Positions 41,201 through 56,200 of a stretch of 64,000 bases of DNA are shown here, piece after piece; positions within the stretch are counted from its first letter, which is position 1, and the number at the start of each line of letters is the position of its first letter. A model generated the notes under the pieces. The model saw only the letters and a program-made list of their open reading frames with translations, was not told the origin of the DNA and did no database searches. The position numbers and the translations under genes were made by a program. The DNA is taken from assembly GCA_965218975.1 (NCBI GenBank), contig OZ244717.1:896001-960000 (forward strand), read 5' to 3'. The stretch is from Candidatus Oxydemutatoraceae bacterium. GTDB taxonomy: Bacteria > Pseudomonadota > Gammaproteobacteria > Poriferisulfidales > Oxydemutatoraceae.

Positions 41201-44200
41201 TCAAACGATCACGTTAGAGTTTGACGGCGATGCGACGCCTGAGGAGGACTATGCGGTATTGGTTGAGAATTTACCGCTGTCGCCACCGTATGAGTTGATT
41301 TTGCCGGCGGGGGCATCTGCGACAGTCGCAACGATAATGGCGAAGGCAGCCGACATGACGGATGAGGGGGATGAGACAATTATGATTACCGCCCGGCATG
41401 GTGGCGACACGATCGGCGAAGAGACGATCACGATCATTGATAACGTGGCGCCGGTATTCATCAGTGCGGCAAGTTTCGAGGTCAACGAGGGGCAGACGCT
41501 AGTCGGCACGGTAGTGGCTGAGGATGCCAATAGCCTAGACGATGTTCTGTACGTGGTTCAATCTAATGACTCTAATGACTCGTCGCCGGATAGCGCTCTG
41601 TTTTCAATCCTCTCGCTCACAGGCGTACTGAGATTCGAGACGGCGCCGGATTTTGAGGCTCCGGCAGATGCGGATATGAACAACGAATACATAATTACTA
41701 TTTTGGCGTCCGATTTCAATGGGAGCCTAAGCAATCAAGGGTTAACGGCACGCCAAAGAGTTACCGTTATGGTGCTTGATGTGCCTACGACGATTACGAT
41801 TACGGCGGACAAAGCAGAGGTTACGGAAGGCGAGCCGGCGGTGTTTACATTCAGTCGGACCGACGCGACGGATGCGCCGGCATTGACAGTGAACATTACG
41901 ATAGATGCGACCGACGAAGTGCTTGCGGATGCGGCGCCTGGTATGGTGACTTTTGACGCCGGTTCTGCGAGAACGGTGCTTAGCCTTGCCACCGTCATTG
42001 ATGAGGCGTTTGGTGTCAGAACGGTGATGGTTACCGTGAACGACGGTGTGGGTTATGAGGTCGGTATTGAGAATAGCGCCGAGGTGCGGGTGATTGACGT
42101 CAACGTGGCACCGGTATTCAGCAGTGCGGAAAGTTTTGAGGTCAACGAAGGGGAGACGGTAGTCGGCACGGTGACGGCTGAGGATGCGAACATAGAAGAC
42201 GAAGTGACGTATTCGATTACCAACGGCGCGGATCAAGATCAGTTTACTATTAACTCGTCTTCGGGCGAGTTGAGTTTCGTCACCGCACCGGACTTTGAGA
42301 ATGCAGCGGATGCGGACGGAGACAATGCATACATGCTCACGGTGGCGGCAATCGGCGGCACGGACGCTCGGGCGTTGACGACGACGCAAGCGATTATGGT
42401 GACGGTGCTTGATGTGCCGACGACGATTACGATTACGGCAGACGAGCCGATGGTAACGGAAGGCGAGTCGGCGATGTTCACATTCAGCCGGACCGACGCG
42501 ACGGATGCGCCTGCATTGACGGTGAACATTACGGTAGATGATCCCGAGGGGGTGCTTGCGGCAGCGGCACCTGAAATGGTGACTTTTGCTGCCGATTCTG
42601 CGACAACGGCGCTCAACCTTGCCACCATTGATGATACGCTTGAAGAAGACGACAGCACGGTGACGGTTACCGTGAACGACGGTGTGGATTATGCGGTCGG
42701 TATTGAGAATAGTGCCGAGGTGCGGGTGAACGACAACGACGGGCCGTTCACGATCTCGTTCGTCCAGAGCGAATATACGTTCAATGAAAGGGACTCGGTA
42801 GTTGTCATGATCAGACTGAGCGGCGAAAGACCGCTGCGCGGCGCTGTAAGCGCTACTATCTCGACAATGGAAGGCAGCGCGCTCCATCCTGAGGATTATA
42901 CCCTGGTTAATTCTAGGTTTTCATTCGGCCCTAGCGATTCTATCCCTGCGCTGCGTTCTGAATCTCTTTCTCGTATCAATGACGCGATTTTCGAGACCGA
43001 AGAATTCTTTTCGGTGAGAATTAGATCTGTAATGGCATCGGATCCCGCCGATGAGGTGGTGATCGGTCAGGGCGAAGCGACGATTACCATCATTGATAAC
43101 GATTCGCCTCCTATCTGGAGTTTAGACATGTTGCCGAGTAGTGTCAGTGAAAGTAGGGACACCGCGGTGCCGATTGTGATGAAGCGGATGCGTGATTTAC
43201 TTGACAGAGGATATCCGCTGACGCTTGAGTTGGGGGGGACGGCGACGTTCGGCGAAGACTACGTTATCACGGATATGGATGACAATCCGTTCGCGTTACC
43301 GCTTACATTCCCTGCGCCGTATATTGCCGATGATGTGTTTGATCTTCGGACAGATAAAACAGTCGAATTCGGCTTAGTGATAACAGACGACGCGGTGTTT
43401 GAGGGAGCCGAGACGATTGAGCTGCGATTAACTACGACGGACCCTGACGTTACGATAGGCAGCGATACGACTCAGACGATCACGATCATTGACGACGATA
43501 CGACGCCGGTGTTGTCTCTGTCGGTGAGTGCGACCACCATTGAAGAGGGAGCATCGGTCGATATTACAGTGATGACGAACGAGTCGGTATATGCCGAAGA
43601 TCAAACGATCACGTTAGAGTTTGCCGGCGATGCGATGCCTGAGGACGACTATACGGTAATGGTCGACAGCTTGCCGCTGTCGTCGCCGTATGAGTTAACT
43701 TTGCCGGCGGGGTTGTCTTCGGTAACCGCAACGATCATGGCGACAGACGACCGAGCGGACGAAGCGAATGAGACGATCACACTAACCGCCCGGCATGAAG
43801 GCGACACAATCGGCGAGGAAACGATCACGATCATTGACGATGATGCGGCGCCGGAGTTGGATTTGTCGGTGAGCGAGACCACCATCGACGAAGGGGCATC
43901 GGGCGATATCGAAGTGGGAATCACGAACGAATCGGTATTTGCCGAAGATCAAACGATTACGTTAGAGTTTGCCGGCGAGGCGACGCCTGAGGACGACTAT
44001 ACGGTAATGGTCGGAGGTTCGTTGCTGTCGTCGCCGTATCAAGTGATTTTACCGGCGGGGTCGTCTTCGGTAAGCGCAATGATCATGGCGCTAATAGACG
44101 ACATGACGGCTGAGGGGAATGAGACGATTATGATTACCGCCCGGCATGAAGGTGAAATGATCGGCGAGGTAACGATCACGATCATTGATAACACGGCGCC

Positions 44201-47200
44201 GGTCTTCAGCGATGCGGTAAGTTTTGAGGTCGACGAAGGACAGACGACGGTCGGCGTTGTGACGGCTGAGGATGCGAACCCGCAAGACGAGGCAATGTAT
44301 TCGGTTACCGGCGGTGCGGATGATGCCCTGTTTGATATCGACTCGTCTTCGGGTGAATTGAGTTTCGTCACCGCGCCGGACTTTGAGAATGCGGTGGATG
44401 CGGATACGGATAACGTTTATATGCTCATCGTGACGGCGATCGGCGGCACGGACGCTCGAGCGTTGACGACGACGCAAGAGATTACGGTGACGGTGCTTGA
44501 TGTGCCGACGACGGTCACGATTACGGCGGCGGAGCCGACGGTAACGGAAGGTGAGCCGGTAATGTTCACGTTTGAGCGGACCGACGCGACGGATGCGCCG
44601 GCATTGACGGTGAACATTACGATAGATGCGACCGACGAAGTGCTTGCGGATGTGGCGCCTGGTATGGTGACTTTCGACGCCGGTTCTGCGAGAACGGTGC
44701 TTAGCCTTGCCACCGTCATTGATGAGGCGTTTGGCGTCAGAACGGTGATGGTTACCGTGAACGACGGTGTGGGTTATGAGGTCGGTATTGAGAATAGCGC
44801 CGAGGTGCGGGTGATTGACGTCAACGTGGCACCGGTATTCAGCAGTGCGGAAAGTTTTGAGGTCAACGAAGGGGAGACGGTAGTCGGCACGGTGACGGCT
44901 GAGGATGCGAACATAGAAGACGAAGTGACGTATTCGATTACCAACGGCGCGGATCAAGATCAGTTTACTATTGACTCGTCTTCGGGCGAGTTGAGTTTCG
45001 CCACCGCACCGGACTTTGAGAATGCAGCGGATGCGGACGGAGACAATGCATACATGCTCACGGTGGCGGTAATCGGCGGCACGGACGCTCGGGCGTTGAC
45101 GACGACGCAAGCGATTATGGTGACGGTGCTTGATGTGCCGACGACGATTACGATTACGGCAGACGAGCCGATGGTAACGGAAGGCGAGCCGGCGGTGTTC
45201 ACGTTCAGCCGGACCGACGCGACGGATGCGCCTGCATTGACGGTGAACATTACGGTAGACGATTCCGGCGGAGTGCTTGCGGATGCGGCGCCTGATACGA
45301 TTACTTTTGACGCCGATTCTGCGACAACGGTGCTCAACCTTGCCACCATTGATGATACGCTTGAAGAAGACGACAGCACGGTGACGGTTACCGTGAACGA
45401 CGGTGTGGATTATGCGGTCGGTATTGAGAATAGTGCCGAGGTGCGGGTGAACGACAACGACGGGCCGTTAACGATCTCGTTCGTCACGACCGAGTATATG
45501 GTCAATGAAAGCGATAGAGAGGTAAGGTTCGAACTCAGACTGAGCGACGAAAGACCGCTGCGCGGCAATATAAACGTTGGCTTAACGGCACGCGACGGCA
45601 GCGCGGTCCTTACTGAGGATTATTCCCCGAGAGGTAGTGTTACTATCTATACTCCTATATCAGTTCTGATGAGAACTGTGCAGTATTTCATTATCGATGA
45701 CGATGTCTTCGAAACCGAAGAATTCTTTTCGTTGAGGATTTCCGGTGTAACGACGTTTCATAGCGACGATGAGGTGGTGATCGGTCAGGGGCGCGTAGCG
45801 ACGGTTACCATCATTGATGACGATTTGCCTCCTATCTGGAGTTTGGACATGTTGCCGAGTAGTGTCAGTGAAAGTAGGGACACCGCGGTGCCGATTGTGA
45901 TGAGGCGGATGCGTGATTTACTTGACAGAGGATATCCGCTGACGCTTGAGTTGGGGGGGACGGCGACGTTCGGCGAAGACTACGTTATCACGGATATGGA
46001 TGACAATTCGTTCGCGTTACCGCTTACATTCCCTGCGCCGTATATTGCCGATGATGTGTTTGATCTTCGGACAGATAAAACAGTCGAATTCCGCTTAGTG
46101 ATAACAGACGACGCGGTGTTTGAGGGAGCCGAGACGATTGAGCTGCGATTAACTACGACGGACCCTGACGTTACGATAGGCAGCGATACGACTCAGACGA
46201 TTACGATCATCGACAACGATGCGGTGCCGGTGTTGTCTCTGACGGTCGGTGCAACCGCAATCAATGAAGGCGCATTGACCGATATCGAAGTGGGAATCAC
46301 GAACGAGTCGGTATATGCCGAAGATCAAACGATCACGTTAGAGTTTGCCGGCGATGCGATGCCTGAGGACGACTATACGGTAATGGTCGGAGATTCGCCG
46401 TTGTCATCGCCGTATGTGTTGACTTTGCCGGCGGGGTTGTCTTCGGTAAGCGCAACGATCATGGCGACAGACGACATGACGGCTGAGGGGAATGAGACGA
46501 TCACACTAACCGCCCGGCATGAAGGCGACACGATCGGCGAGGCAATGATTACGATCATTGACGATGATGCGGCGCCGGAGTTGGATTTGTCGGTGAGCGA
46601 GACCACCATTGACGAAGGAGTATCAGCCGATATTACGCTAGAAATCACGAACGAATCGGTATTTGCCGAGAATCAAACGATTACGTTAGAGTTTGACGGC
46701 ACGGCAACGGAGGATGACTATACGCTATCGGCTGAGAATTTACCGCTGTTGCCGCCGCATGAGTTGATTTTACCGGCGGGGTCGTCTTCGGTAAGCGCAA
46801 TGATCATGGCGCTAATAGACGACATGACGGCTGAGGGGAATGAGACGATTATGATTACCGCCCGGCATGAAGGCGAAATGATCGGCGAGGTAACGATCAC
46901 GATCATTGATAACACGGCGCCGGTCTTCAGCGATGCGGTAAGTTTTGAGGTCGACGAAGGACAGACGACGGTCGGCGTTGTGACGGCTGAGGATGCGAAC
47001 CCGCAAGACGAGGCAATGTATTCGATTACCGGTGGGGCGGATGATGCCCTGTTTGATATTGACTCGTCTTCGGGTGAGTTGAGTTTCGCCACCGCACCGG
47101 ACTTTGAGAATGCGGCGGATGCGGATACGGATAACGTTTATGTGCTCACGGTGACGGCAATCGGCGGCACGGACGCTCGAGCGTTGACGACGACGCAAGA

Positions 47201-50200
47201 GATTACGGTAACGGTGCTTGATGTGCCTACGACGGTCACGATTACGGCGGCGGAGCCGACGATAACGGAAGGCGAGTCGGCGGTGTTTACATTCAGTCGG
47301 ACCGACGCGACGGATGCGCCGGCATTGACGGTGAACATTACGATAGATGCGACCGACGAAGTACTTGCGGATGCGGCGCCTGAAATGGTGACTTTCGACG
47401 CCGGTTCTGCGAGAACGGTGCTTAGCCTTGCCACCGTCATTGATGAGGCGTTTGGCGTCAGGACGGTGATGGTTACCGTGAACGACGGTATGGGTTATGA
47501 GGTCGGTATTGAGAATAGCGCCGAGGTGCGGGTGATTGACGTCAACGTGGCACCGGTATTCAGCAGTTCGGAAAGTTTTGAGGTCAACGAAGGGCAGACG
47601 GTAGTCGGCACGGTGACGGCTGAGGATGCGAACATAGAGGACGAGGTGATGTATTCGATTACCAACGGCGCGGATCAAGATCAGTTTACTATTGACCCGT
47701 TTTCGGGCGAGTTGAGTTTCGCCACCACACCGGACTTTGAGAATCCGGCGGATGCGGATACGGATAACGTTTATATGCTCATCGTGACGGCAGTCAGCGG
47801 CACGGACGCTCGGGCATTGACGACGACGCAAGAGATTGCGGTGACGGTGCTTGATGTGCCGACGACGATCACGATTACGGCAGAAGACCCGACGGTCACG
47901 GAAGGCGAGCCGGCGGTGTTCACGTTCAGCCGGACCGAGGCGACGGATGCGCCTGCATTGACGGTGAACATTACGGTAGACGATTCCGGCGGAGTGCTTG
48001 CGGATGCGGCGCCTGATACGATTACTTTTGCTGCCGATTCTGCGACAACGGCGCTCAGTCTTGCCACCGACGACGATACGCTTGAAGAAGACGGCAGCAC
48101 GGTGACGGTTACCGTCATAGGCGGTATGGATTATGCGGTCGGTATTGAGAACAGTGCTTCGGTGCGGGTTGTCGACAACGACGTTAACGTGGCGCCGGCA
48201 TTCATCAGTGCAGCAAGTTTTGATGTCAACGAAGGGGAGACGGTAGTCGGTACGGTGACGGCTGCGGATGCGAACATAGAAGACGAGGTGATGTATTCGA
48301 TTACCGGCGATGCGGATGATGTTTTGTTTGCAATTGACCCGTCTTCGGGCGAGTTGAGTTTCGCCACCGCACCGGACTATGAGAATCCGGCGGATGCGGA
48401 TACGGATAACGTTTATATGCTCATCGTGACGGCAACCGGCGGCACGGACGCTCGGGCGTTGACGACGACGCAAGCGATTACGGTGACGGTGCTTGATGTG
48501 CCTACGACGATTACGATTACGGCGGCAGAGCCGATGGTAACGGAAGGCGAGCCGGCGGTGTTCGTGTTTGAGCGGACCGACTCGACGAATGTGTCGGAAT
48601 TGAATGTGTTCTTTACGGTAGATGATCCCGGCGGAGTGCTTGTGCTTCCAAAGCCTTTTGCTCTTTCTTTTGGAGCTGCTGGAGCTGCTTCCGAGACAGC
48701 GATGCTCAGCCTTGCCACCATTGATGACGCGCTTGAAGAAGACGACAGCACGGTGACGGTTACCGTTGGTGCCCATATGAATTATGAGGTCGGCATTGAG
48801 AATAGTGCCGAGGTGCGGGTTGTCGACAACGACGTCAACGTGGCGCCGGCATTCATCAGTGCAGCAAGTTTTGAGGTCAACGAAGGGGAGACGGTAGTCG
48901 GCACGGTGACGGCTGCGGATGCGAATATAGAAGACGAGGTGACGTATTCGGTTATCGGCGGTGCGGATGATGCCTTGTTTGATATCGACTCGTCTTCGGG
49001 CGAACTGAGCTTCACAACCGCACCGGACTATGAGAATCCGGTGGATGCGGATGAAGACAATAACTACATGCTCACGGTGGTGGCAATCGGCGGCACGGAC
49101 GTTCGGACGTTGACGACGACGCAAGCGATTACGGTGACGGTGCTTGATGTGCCTACGACGATCACGATTACGGCGGCAGAGCCGATGGTAACGGAAGGCG
49201 AGCCGGCGGTGTTTACATTCAGTCGGACCGACGCGACGGATGCGCCGGTATTGGCGGTGAACATTACGGTAGATGATTCCGACGGGGTGCTTGCGGCAGC
49301 GGCACCTGAAATGGTGACTTTTGACGCCGGTTCTGCGATAACGGTGCTCAACCTTGCCACTATTGATGATACGCTTGAAGAAGACGACAGCACGGTGACG
49401 GTTACCGTTGTTGCCACTACGGATTATGAAGTCGGTATTGAGAACAGTGCTTCGGTGCGGGTTGTCGACAACGACGTCAACGTAGCGCCGGTATTCACCA
49501 GTGCAGCAAGTTTTGAGGTCAACGAAGGGCAGACAGTAGTCGGCACAGTGACGGCTGCGGATGTGAACATAGAGGACGAGGTGATGTATTCGATTACCGG
49601 CAGCGCGGATCAAGATCAGTTTACTATTGACCCGTCTTCGGGTGAGTTGAGTTTCGCCGCTGCACCGGACTTTGAGAATCCGACGGATGCGGACGGAGAC
49701 AATGCATACATGCTCACAGTGGCGGCAATCGGCGGCACGGACGTTCGGGCGTTGACGACGACGCAAGCGATTACCGTCAGAGTGCTTGATTTGCCGGTAA
49801 TAACGATTGCGGCAGTCGAGCCGATGGTAACGGAAGGCGAGCCGGCGGTGTTCGTGTTTGAGCGGACCGACGCGACGGATGTGTTGGATTTGTTTGTGTT
49901 CTTTACGGTAGTTGAGTCCGGCGAGGTGCTTGTGGTTCCAACGCCTGCTGGTATTTCTTTTAGACCTGCTTCCGAGACAGTGATGCTCAGCGTTGCCACC
50001 ATTGATGATACGCTTGAAGAAGACGACAGCACGGTGACGGTTACCATTGGTGTCGACGATACGGGTTTTTATGAAGTCGGTATTGAGAACAGTGCCGAGG
50101 TGCGGGTTGTCGACAACGACGTCAACGTAGCGCCGGTATTTACGAGTGCGGAAAGTTTTGAGGTCAACGAAGGGCAGACGTTAGTCGGCACGGTGACGGC

Positions 50201-53200
50201 TGAGGATGCGAACATGGGGGATGAGGTGACCTATTCGGTTACTGGCGGTGCGGATGGCACCCTGTTCACCATTGACCCGTCTTCGGGCGAGTTGAGTCTC
50301 GCCACTGCACCGGACTATGAGAATCCGGCGGATGCGGATACGGATAACGTTTATATGCTCACGGTGGCGGCAATCGGCGGCACGGACGCTCGAGCGTTGA
50401 CGACGACACAAGGGATTACGGTGACGGTGCTTGATGTGCCTACGACGATCACGATTACGGCGGACAAAGCAGAGGTTACGGAAGGCGAGCCGGTAATGTT
50501 TACATTCAGTCGGACCGACGCGACGGATGCGCTTGCATTGGCGGTGAACATTACGGTAGATGATCTCGACGGGGTGCTTGCGGCAGCGGCACCTGAAATG
50601 GTGACTTTTGCTGCCGGTTCTGCGACAGCGGAGCTCAGTCTTGCCACCGACGACGATACGCTTGAAGAAGACGACAGCGTAGTGACGGTTACCATCATAG
50701 ACAGTGCGGACTATAGGATCGGTATTGAGAACAGTGCTTCGGTGCGTGTTGTCGACGACGACGTCAACGTGGCGCCGGCATTCATCAGTGCAGCAAGTTT
50801 TGAGGTCAACGAAGGGCAGCCAGTAGTCGGTACGGTGACGGCTGCGGATGCGAACATAGAAGACGAGGTGATGTATTCGATTACCGGCGATGCGGATGAT
50901 GCCCTGTTTGATATCGACTCGTCTTCGGGCGAGTTGGGTTTCGCCACTGCACCGGACTTTGAGAATGCAGCGGATGCGGATACGGATAACGTTTATATGC
51001 TCATCGTGACGGCAACCGGCGGCACGGACGCTCGGGCGTTGACGACGACGCAAGCGATTACGGTGACGGTGCTTGATGTGCCTACGACGATTACGATTAC
51101 GGCGGCAGAGCCGATGGTAACGGAAGGCGAGCCGGCAGTGTTCGTGTTTGAGCGGACCGACTCGACGAATGTGTCGGAATTGAATGTGTTCTTTACGGTA
51201 GATGATCCCGGCGGAGTGCTTGTGCTTCCAAAGCCTTTTGCTCTTTCTTTTGGAGCTGCTGGAGCTGCTTCCGAGACAGCGATGCTCAGCCTTGCCACCA
51301 TTGATGATGCGCTTGAAGAAGACGACAGCACGGTAACGGTTACCGTTGGTGCCCATATGAATTATGAGGTCGGCATTGAGAATAGTGCCGAGGTGCGGGT
51401 TGTCGACAACGACGTCAACGTGGCACCGGTATTCAGCGATCCGGTAAGTTTTGAGGTCAACGAAGGGGAGACGGTAGTCGGCACGGTGACGGCTGAGGAT
51501 GCGAACCCGCAAGACGAGGTGAGGTATTCGGTTACCGGCGGTGCGGATGATGCCCTGTTTGATATCGACTCGTCTTCGGGCGAACTGAGCTTCACAACCG
51601 CACCGGACTATGAGAATCCGGCGGATGCGGATACGGATAACGTTTATATGCTCATCGTGACGGCGGCCGGCGGCACGGGTGCTCGGGCGTTGACGACGAC
51701 GCAAGAGATTACGGTGACGGTGCTTGATGTGCCGACTACAATTACGATTTTTGCTGACGAACCGACGGTAACGGAAGGCGAGCTGGCGGTGTTCACGTTG
51801 AATCGGACCGCGCCGACGGATACGGGATTATTGGTGGAGATTGAGGTAGTTGATTCCCCCGACGGAACGGTAGTCGGTAACCCCGGTGGAGCGCTTATGG
51901 TTTTGATACCTGATATGATTACTTTTAGGGCCGGTTCTACGACAGCGGTGCTCAGTCTTGCCACCATTGATGATATGATTGATGAAGCCGACAGCACGCT
52001 GACGGTTACCGTTGTTGAAGGGATGAGTTATGAGGTTGGTATCGAGAATAGCGCCGAGGTGCGGGTTGTCGACAACGATGACGTACCGGGTGCGCCGGCG
52101 GAATTAGCAGCCGCAGCGGGCGACACGCACGCAGTCCTAAGTTGGGAAGCGCCTGCCGACCCCGGCACTTCGCCGATTGAGCGTTACGAATATCGCGCGA
52201 GCAGTGACGCCGGAACGATTGGGGATCAGGAATGGAATGCCGCCGGCGATGCGACGGGCGAAGTCAGAACTCAAATCGTATCGAGCTTAAGCAACGACAC
52301 GGAATACACATTTGAAGTACGCGCGGTCAGCGCGGCGGGCAACGGTGCAGCCGCGCAAATCACGGCGACACCGAGTTCCGAGACGGCGGTATTCACTCTG
52401 ACGTTTGACCCGAGCGAATATACGCTCACTGAAAGTGACCAGAGGGTAACTCTCACGCTCAGACTGATCGGCGAAGAGCGTGCGCTGCAAGATGATGTAA
52501 CCGTTACTGTCTCGACACACGACGGCAGCGCGGTCACTCCTCAGGATTATGTGGCTATTGAGAATGCGACGGTTGTCTTTGAACCCGAAGAGGGCGTGAC
52601 CGAGTTAACGCAAACGGTGACGGTTCAGATTGTCAATGACATCGTTTTTGAGTTAGATGACGAGATCTTTTCGGTGATTATTAACGATGTAACGGCGGCG
52701 ACTTCCAGCGACACGGTCGTGATTGATCAAGGCGAAGCGACGGTTACCATCGTCGATGACGGCGGCCCACCGATTTGGGTATTGGACCGGTTGCCGAGTT
52801 CTGTCGGTGAAAGCACGGGCACCGTGTCGATTGAGATGAGGCGCGTGTCGATTGTTAATTCTGATACTAACCGCGGGTATTCGCTGACGCTTGAGCTGGG
52901 AGGGACGGCGACGTTCGGCGACGACTACGTCATCACGGATATAGACGGCAATCCGTTGGCGTCGCCGCCTACATTCGATATAGCGCAAAACCAAACAATG
53001 CTTGAAGCCCGCCTGATAATAACGGACGATAGGGTGTTTGAGGGCGAGGAGACGATTGAGATACGCTTGAGCACGACCGAGCCGAAGATCCTGATAGACG
53101 ACGCTACGACGCAGACGATCACGCTCATCGACAACGATGCAGCGCCGGAGTTAGATTTGTCGGTGAGTGCGGTAGCGATTGACGAAGGGGCATCGGTTGA

Positions 53201-56200
53201 TATTACGCTAGAGATCACGAACGAATCGGTATTTGCTGAGGATCAAACGATTACATTAGAGTTTACCGGCGATGCGATGCCTGAGGACGACTATACGGTA
53301 TCGGTCGACGGTTCGCCGCTGTTACCGCCGTATGAGTTGACTTTAACGGCGGGAGAATCTGCGCTAAACGCAACGATCATGGCGCTAATAGACGACATGA
53401 CGGCTGAGGGAGATGAGACGATTACACTAACCGCGCGGCATGGTGACGACACAATCGGCGAGGAAACGATCACAATCATTGATAACGAGGCGCCGGTATT
53501 CAGCAGTATGCCAAGTTTTGAGGTCAACGAAGGGGAGACGATAGTCGGCACGGTGACGGCTGAGGATGCGAACATAGAGGACGAGGTGATGTATTCGGTT
53601 ACCGGTGACGGTGCGGATGATGTCTTGTTTGATGTCGACTCGTCTTCGGGCGAACTGAGCTTCATAACCGCACCGGACTATGAGAATCCGGCGGATGCGG
53701 ATACGGATAACGTTTATATGCTCATCGTGACGGCGGCTGGCGGCACGGACGTTCGGGCGTTGACGACGACACAAGCGATTACGGTGACGGTGCTTGATGT
53801 GGCTACGACGATTACGATTACGGCAGACGAGCCGATGGTCACGGAAGGCGAGCCGGCGATGTTCACGTTCAGCCGGACCGACGCGACGGATGCGCTTGCA
53901 TTGACGGTGAACATTACGGTAGATGATTCCGGCGGAGTGCTTGCGGATGCGGCGCCTGATACGATTACTTTTGCTGCCGATTCTGCGACAACGGCGCTCA
54001 ACCTTGCCACCATTGATGATACGCTTGAAGAAGACGACAGCACGGTGACGGTTACCGTCATAGGCGGTATGGATTATGCGGTCGGTATTGAGAATAGTGC
54101 CGAGGTGCGGGTGAACGACAACGACGTTAACGTGGCGCCGGCATTCATCAGTGCAGCAAGTTTTGATGTCAACGAAGGAGAGACGGTAGTCGGCACGGTG
54201 ACGGCTGGGGATGCGAACCCGCAAGACGAGGTAACGTATTCGGTTACCGGCGGTGCGGATGATGCCCTGTTTGATATCGACTCGTCTTCGGGCGAACTGA
54301 GCTTCACAACTGCACCGGACTATGAGAATCCGGCAGATGCGGATACGGATAACGTTTATATGCTCATCGTGACGGCGGCCGGCGGCACGGACGCTCGGGC
54401 GTTGACGACGACGCAAGCGATTACGGTGACGGTGCTTGATGTGCCTACGACGATTACGATTACGGCGGCAGAGCCGATGGTAACGGAAGGCGAGCCGGCG
54501 GTGTTCGTGTTTGAGCGGACCGACGCGACGGATGCGCCGACATTGACAGTGAACATTACGATAGATGCGACCGACGAAGTGCTTGCGGATGCGGCGCCTG
54601 GTATGGTGACTTTTGACGCCGGTTCTACGACAACGGTACTTAGCCTTGCCACTGTCATTGATGAAATGTTTGGTGTCAGAACGGTGACGGTTACCGTGAA
54701 CGACGATGTGGATTATGCGGTCGGTATTGAGAATAGCGCCGAGGTGCGGGTGATTGACGTCAACGTGGCGCCGGTATTCAGTGAGCCGGTGAGTTTTGAC
54801 ATTGATGAGAGTCTGACAGTAGTCGGCACGGTGACGGCTGAGGATGCGAACATAGAAGACGAGGTGATGTATTCGGTTACCGGTGACGGTGCGGATGATG
54901 CTCTGTTTGATATCGACTCGTCTTCGGGCGAACTGAGCTTCACAACCGCACCGGACTATGAGAATCCGGCGGATGCGGATACGGATAACGTTTATATGCT
55001 CATCGTGACGGCGGTCGGCGGCACGGACGCTCGAGCGTTGACGACGACACAAGGGATTACGGTGACGGTGCTTGATGTGCCGACGACGGTCACGATTACG
55101 GTGGCAGAGCCGATGGTAACGGAAGGCGAGTCGGCGGTGTTTACATTCAGTCGGACCGACGTGACGGATGCGCCGGCATTGACAGTGAACATTACGATAG
55201 ATGCGACCGACGAAGTGCTTGCGGATGCGGCGCCTGGTATGGTGACTTTTGACGCCGGTTCTGCGAGAACGGTGCTTAGCCTTGCCACCGTCATTGATGA
55301 GGCGTTTGGCGTCAGGACGGTGATGGTTACCGTGAACGACGGTGTGGGTTATGAGGTCGGTATTGAGAATAGCGCCGAGGTGCGGGTGATTGACGTCAAC
55401 GTGGCACCGGTATTCAGCAGTGCGGAAAGTTTTGAGGTCGACGAAGGGGAGACGGTAGTCGGCACGGTGACGGCTGAGGATGCGAACATAGAAGACGAAG
55501 TGACGTATTCGATTACCAACGGCGCGGATCAAGATCAGTTTACTATTGACCCGTCTTCGGGCGAGTTGAGTTTCGTCACCGCACCGGACTTTGAGAATGC
55601 AGCGGATGCGGACGGAGACAATGCATACATGCTCACGGTGGCGGCAATCGGCGGCACGGACGCTCGGGCGTTGACGACGACGCAAGCGATTATGGTGACG
55701 GTGCTTGATGTGCCGACGACGATTACGATTACGGCAGACGAGCCGATGGTAACGGAAGGCGAGCCGGCGGTGTTCACGTTCAGCCGGACCGAGGCGACGG
55801 ATGCGCTGGCATTGACGGTGAACATTACGGTAGACGATTCCGGCGGAGTGCTTGCGGATGCGGCGCCTGATACGATTACTTTTGCTGCCGATTCTGCGAC
55901 AACGGCGCTCAGTCTTGCCACCGACGATGATACGCTTGAAGAAGACGACAGCACGGTGACGGTTACCGTGAACGACGGTGTGGATTATGCGGTCGGTATT
56001 GAGAACAGTGCCGAGGTGCGGGTGAACGACAACGACGGGCCGTTCACGATCTCGTTCGTCCAGAGCGAATATACGTTCAATGAAAGGGACTCGGCAGTTG
56101 TCATGATCAGACTGAGCGGCGAAAGACCGCGGCGCGGCAATGTAACGGTTACGGTTGATGCACACGACGGCAGCGCGGTTTTTATTGAGGATTATGGGTT

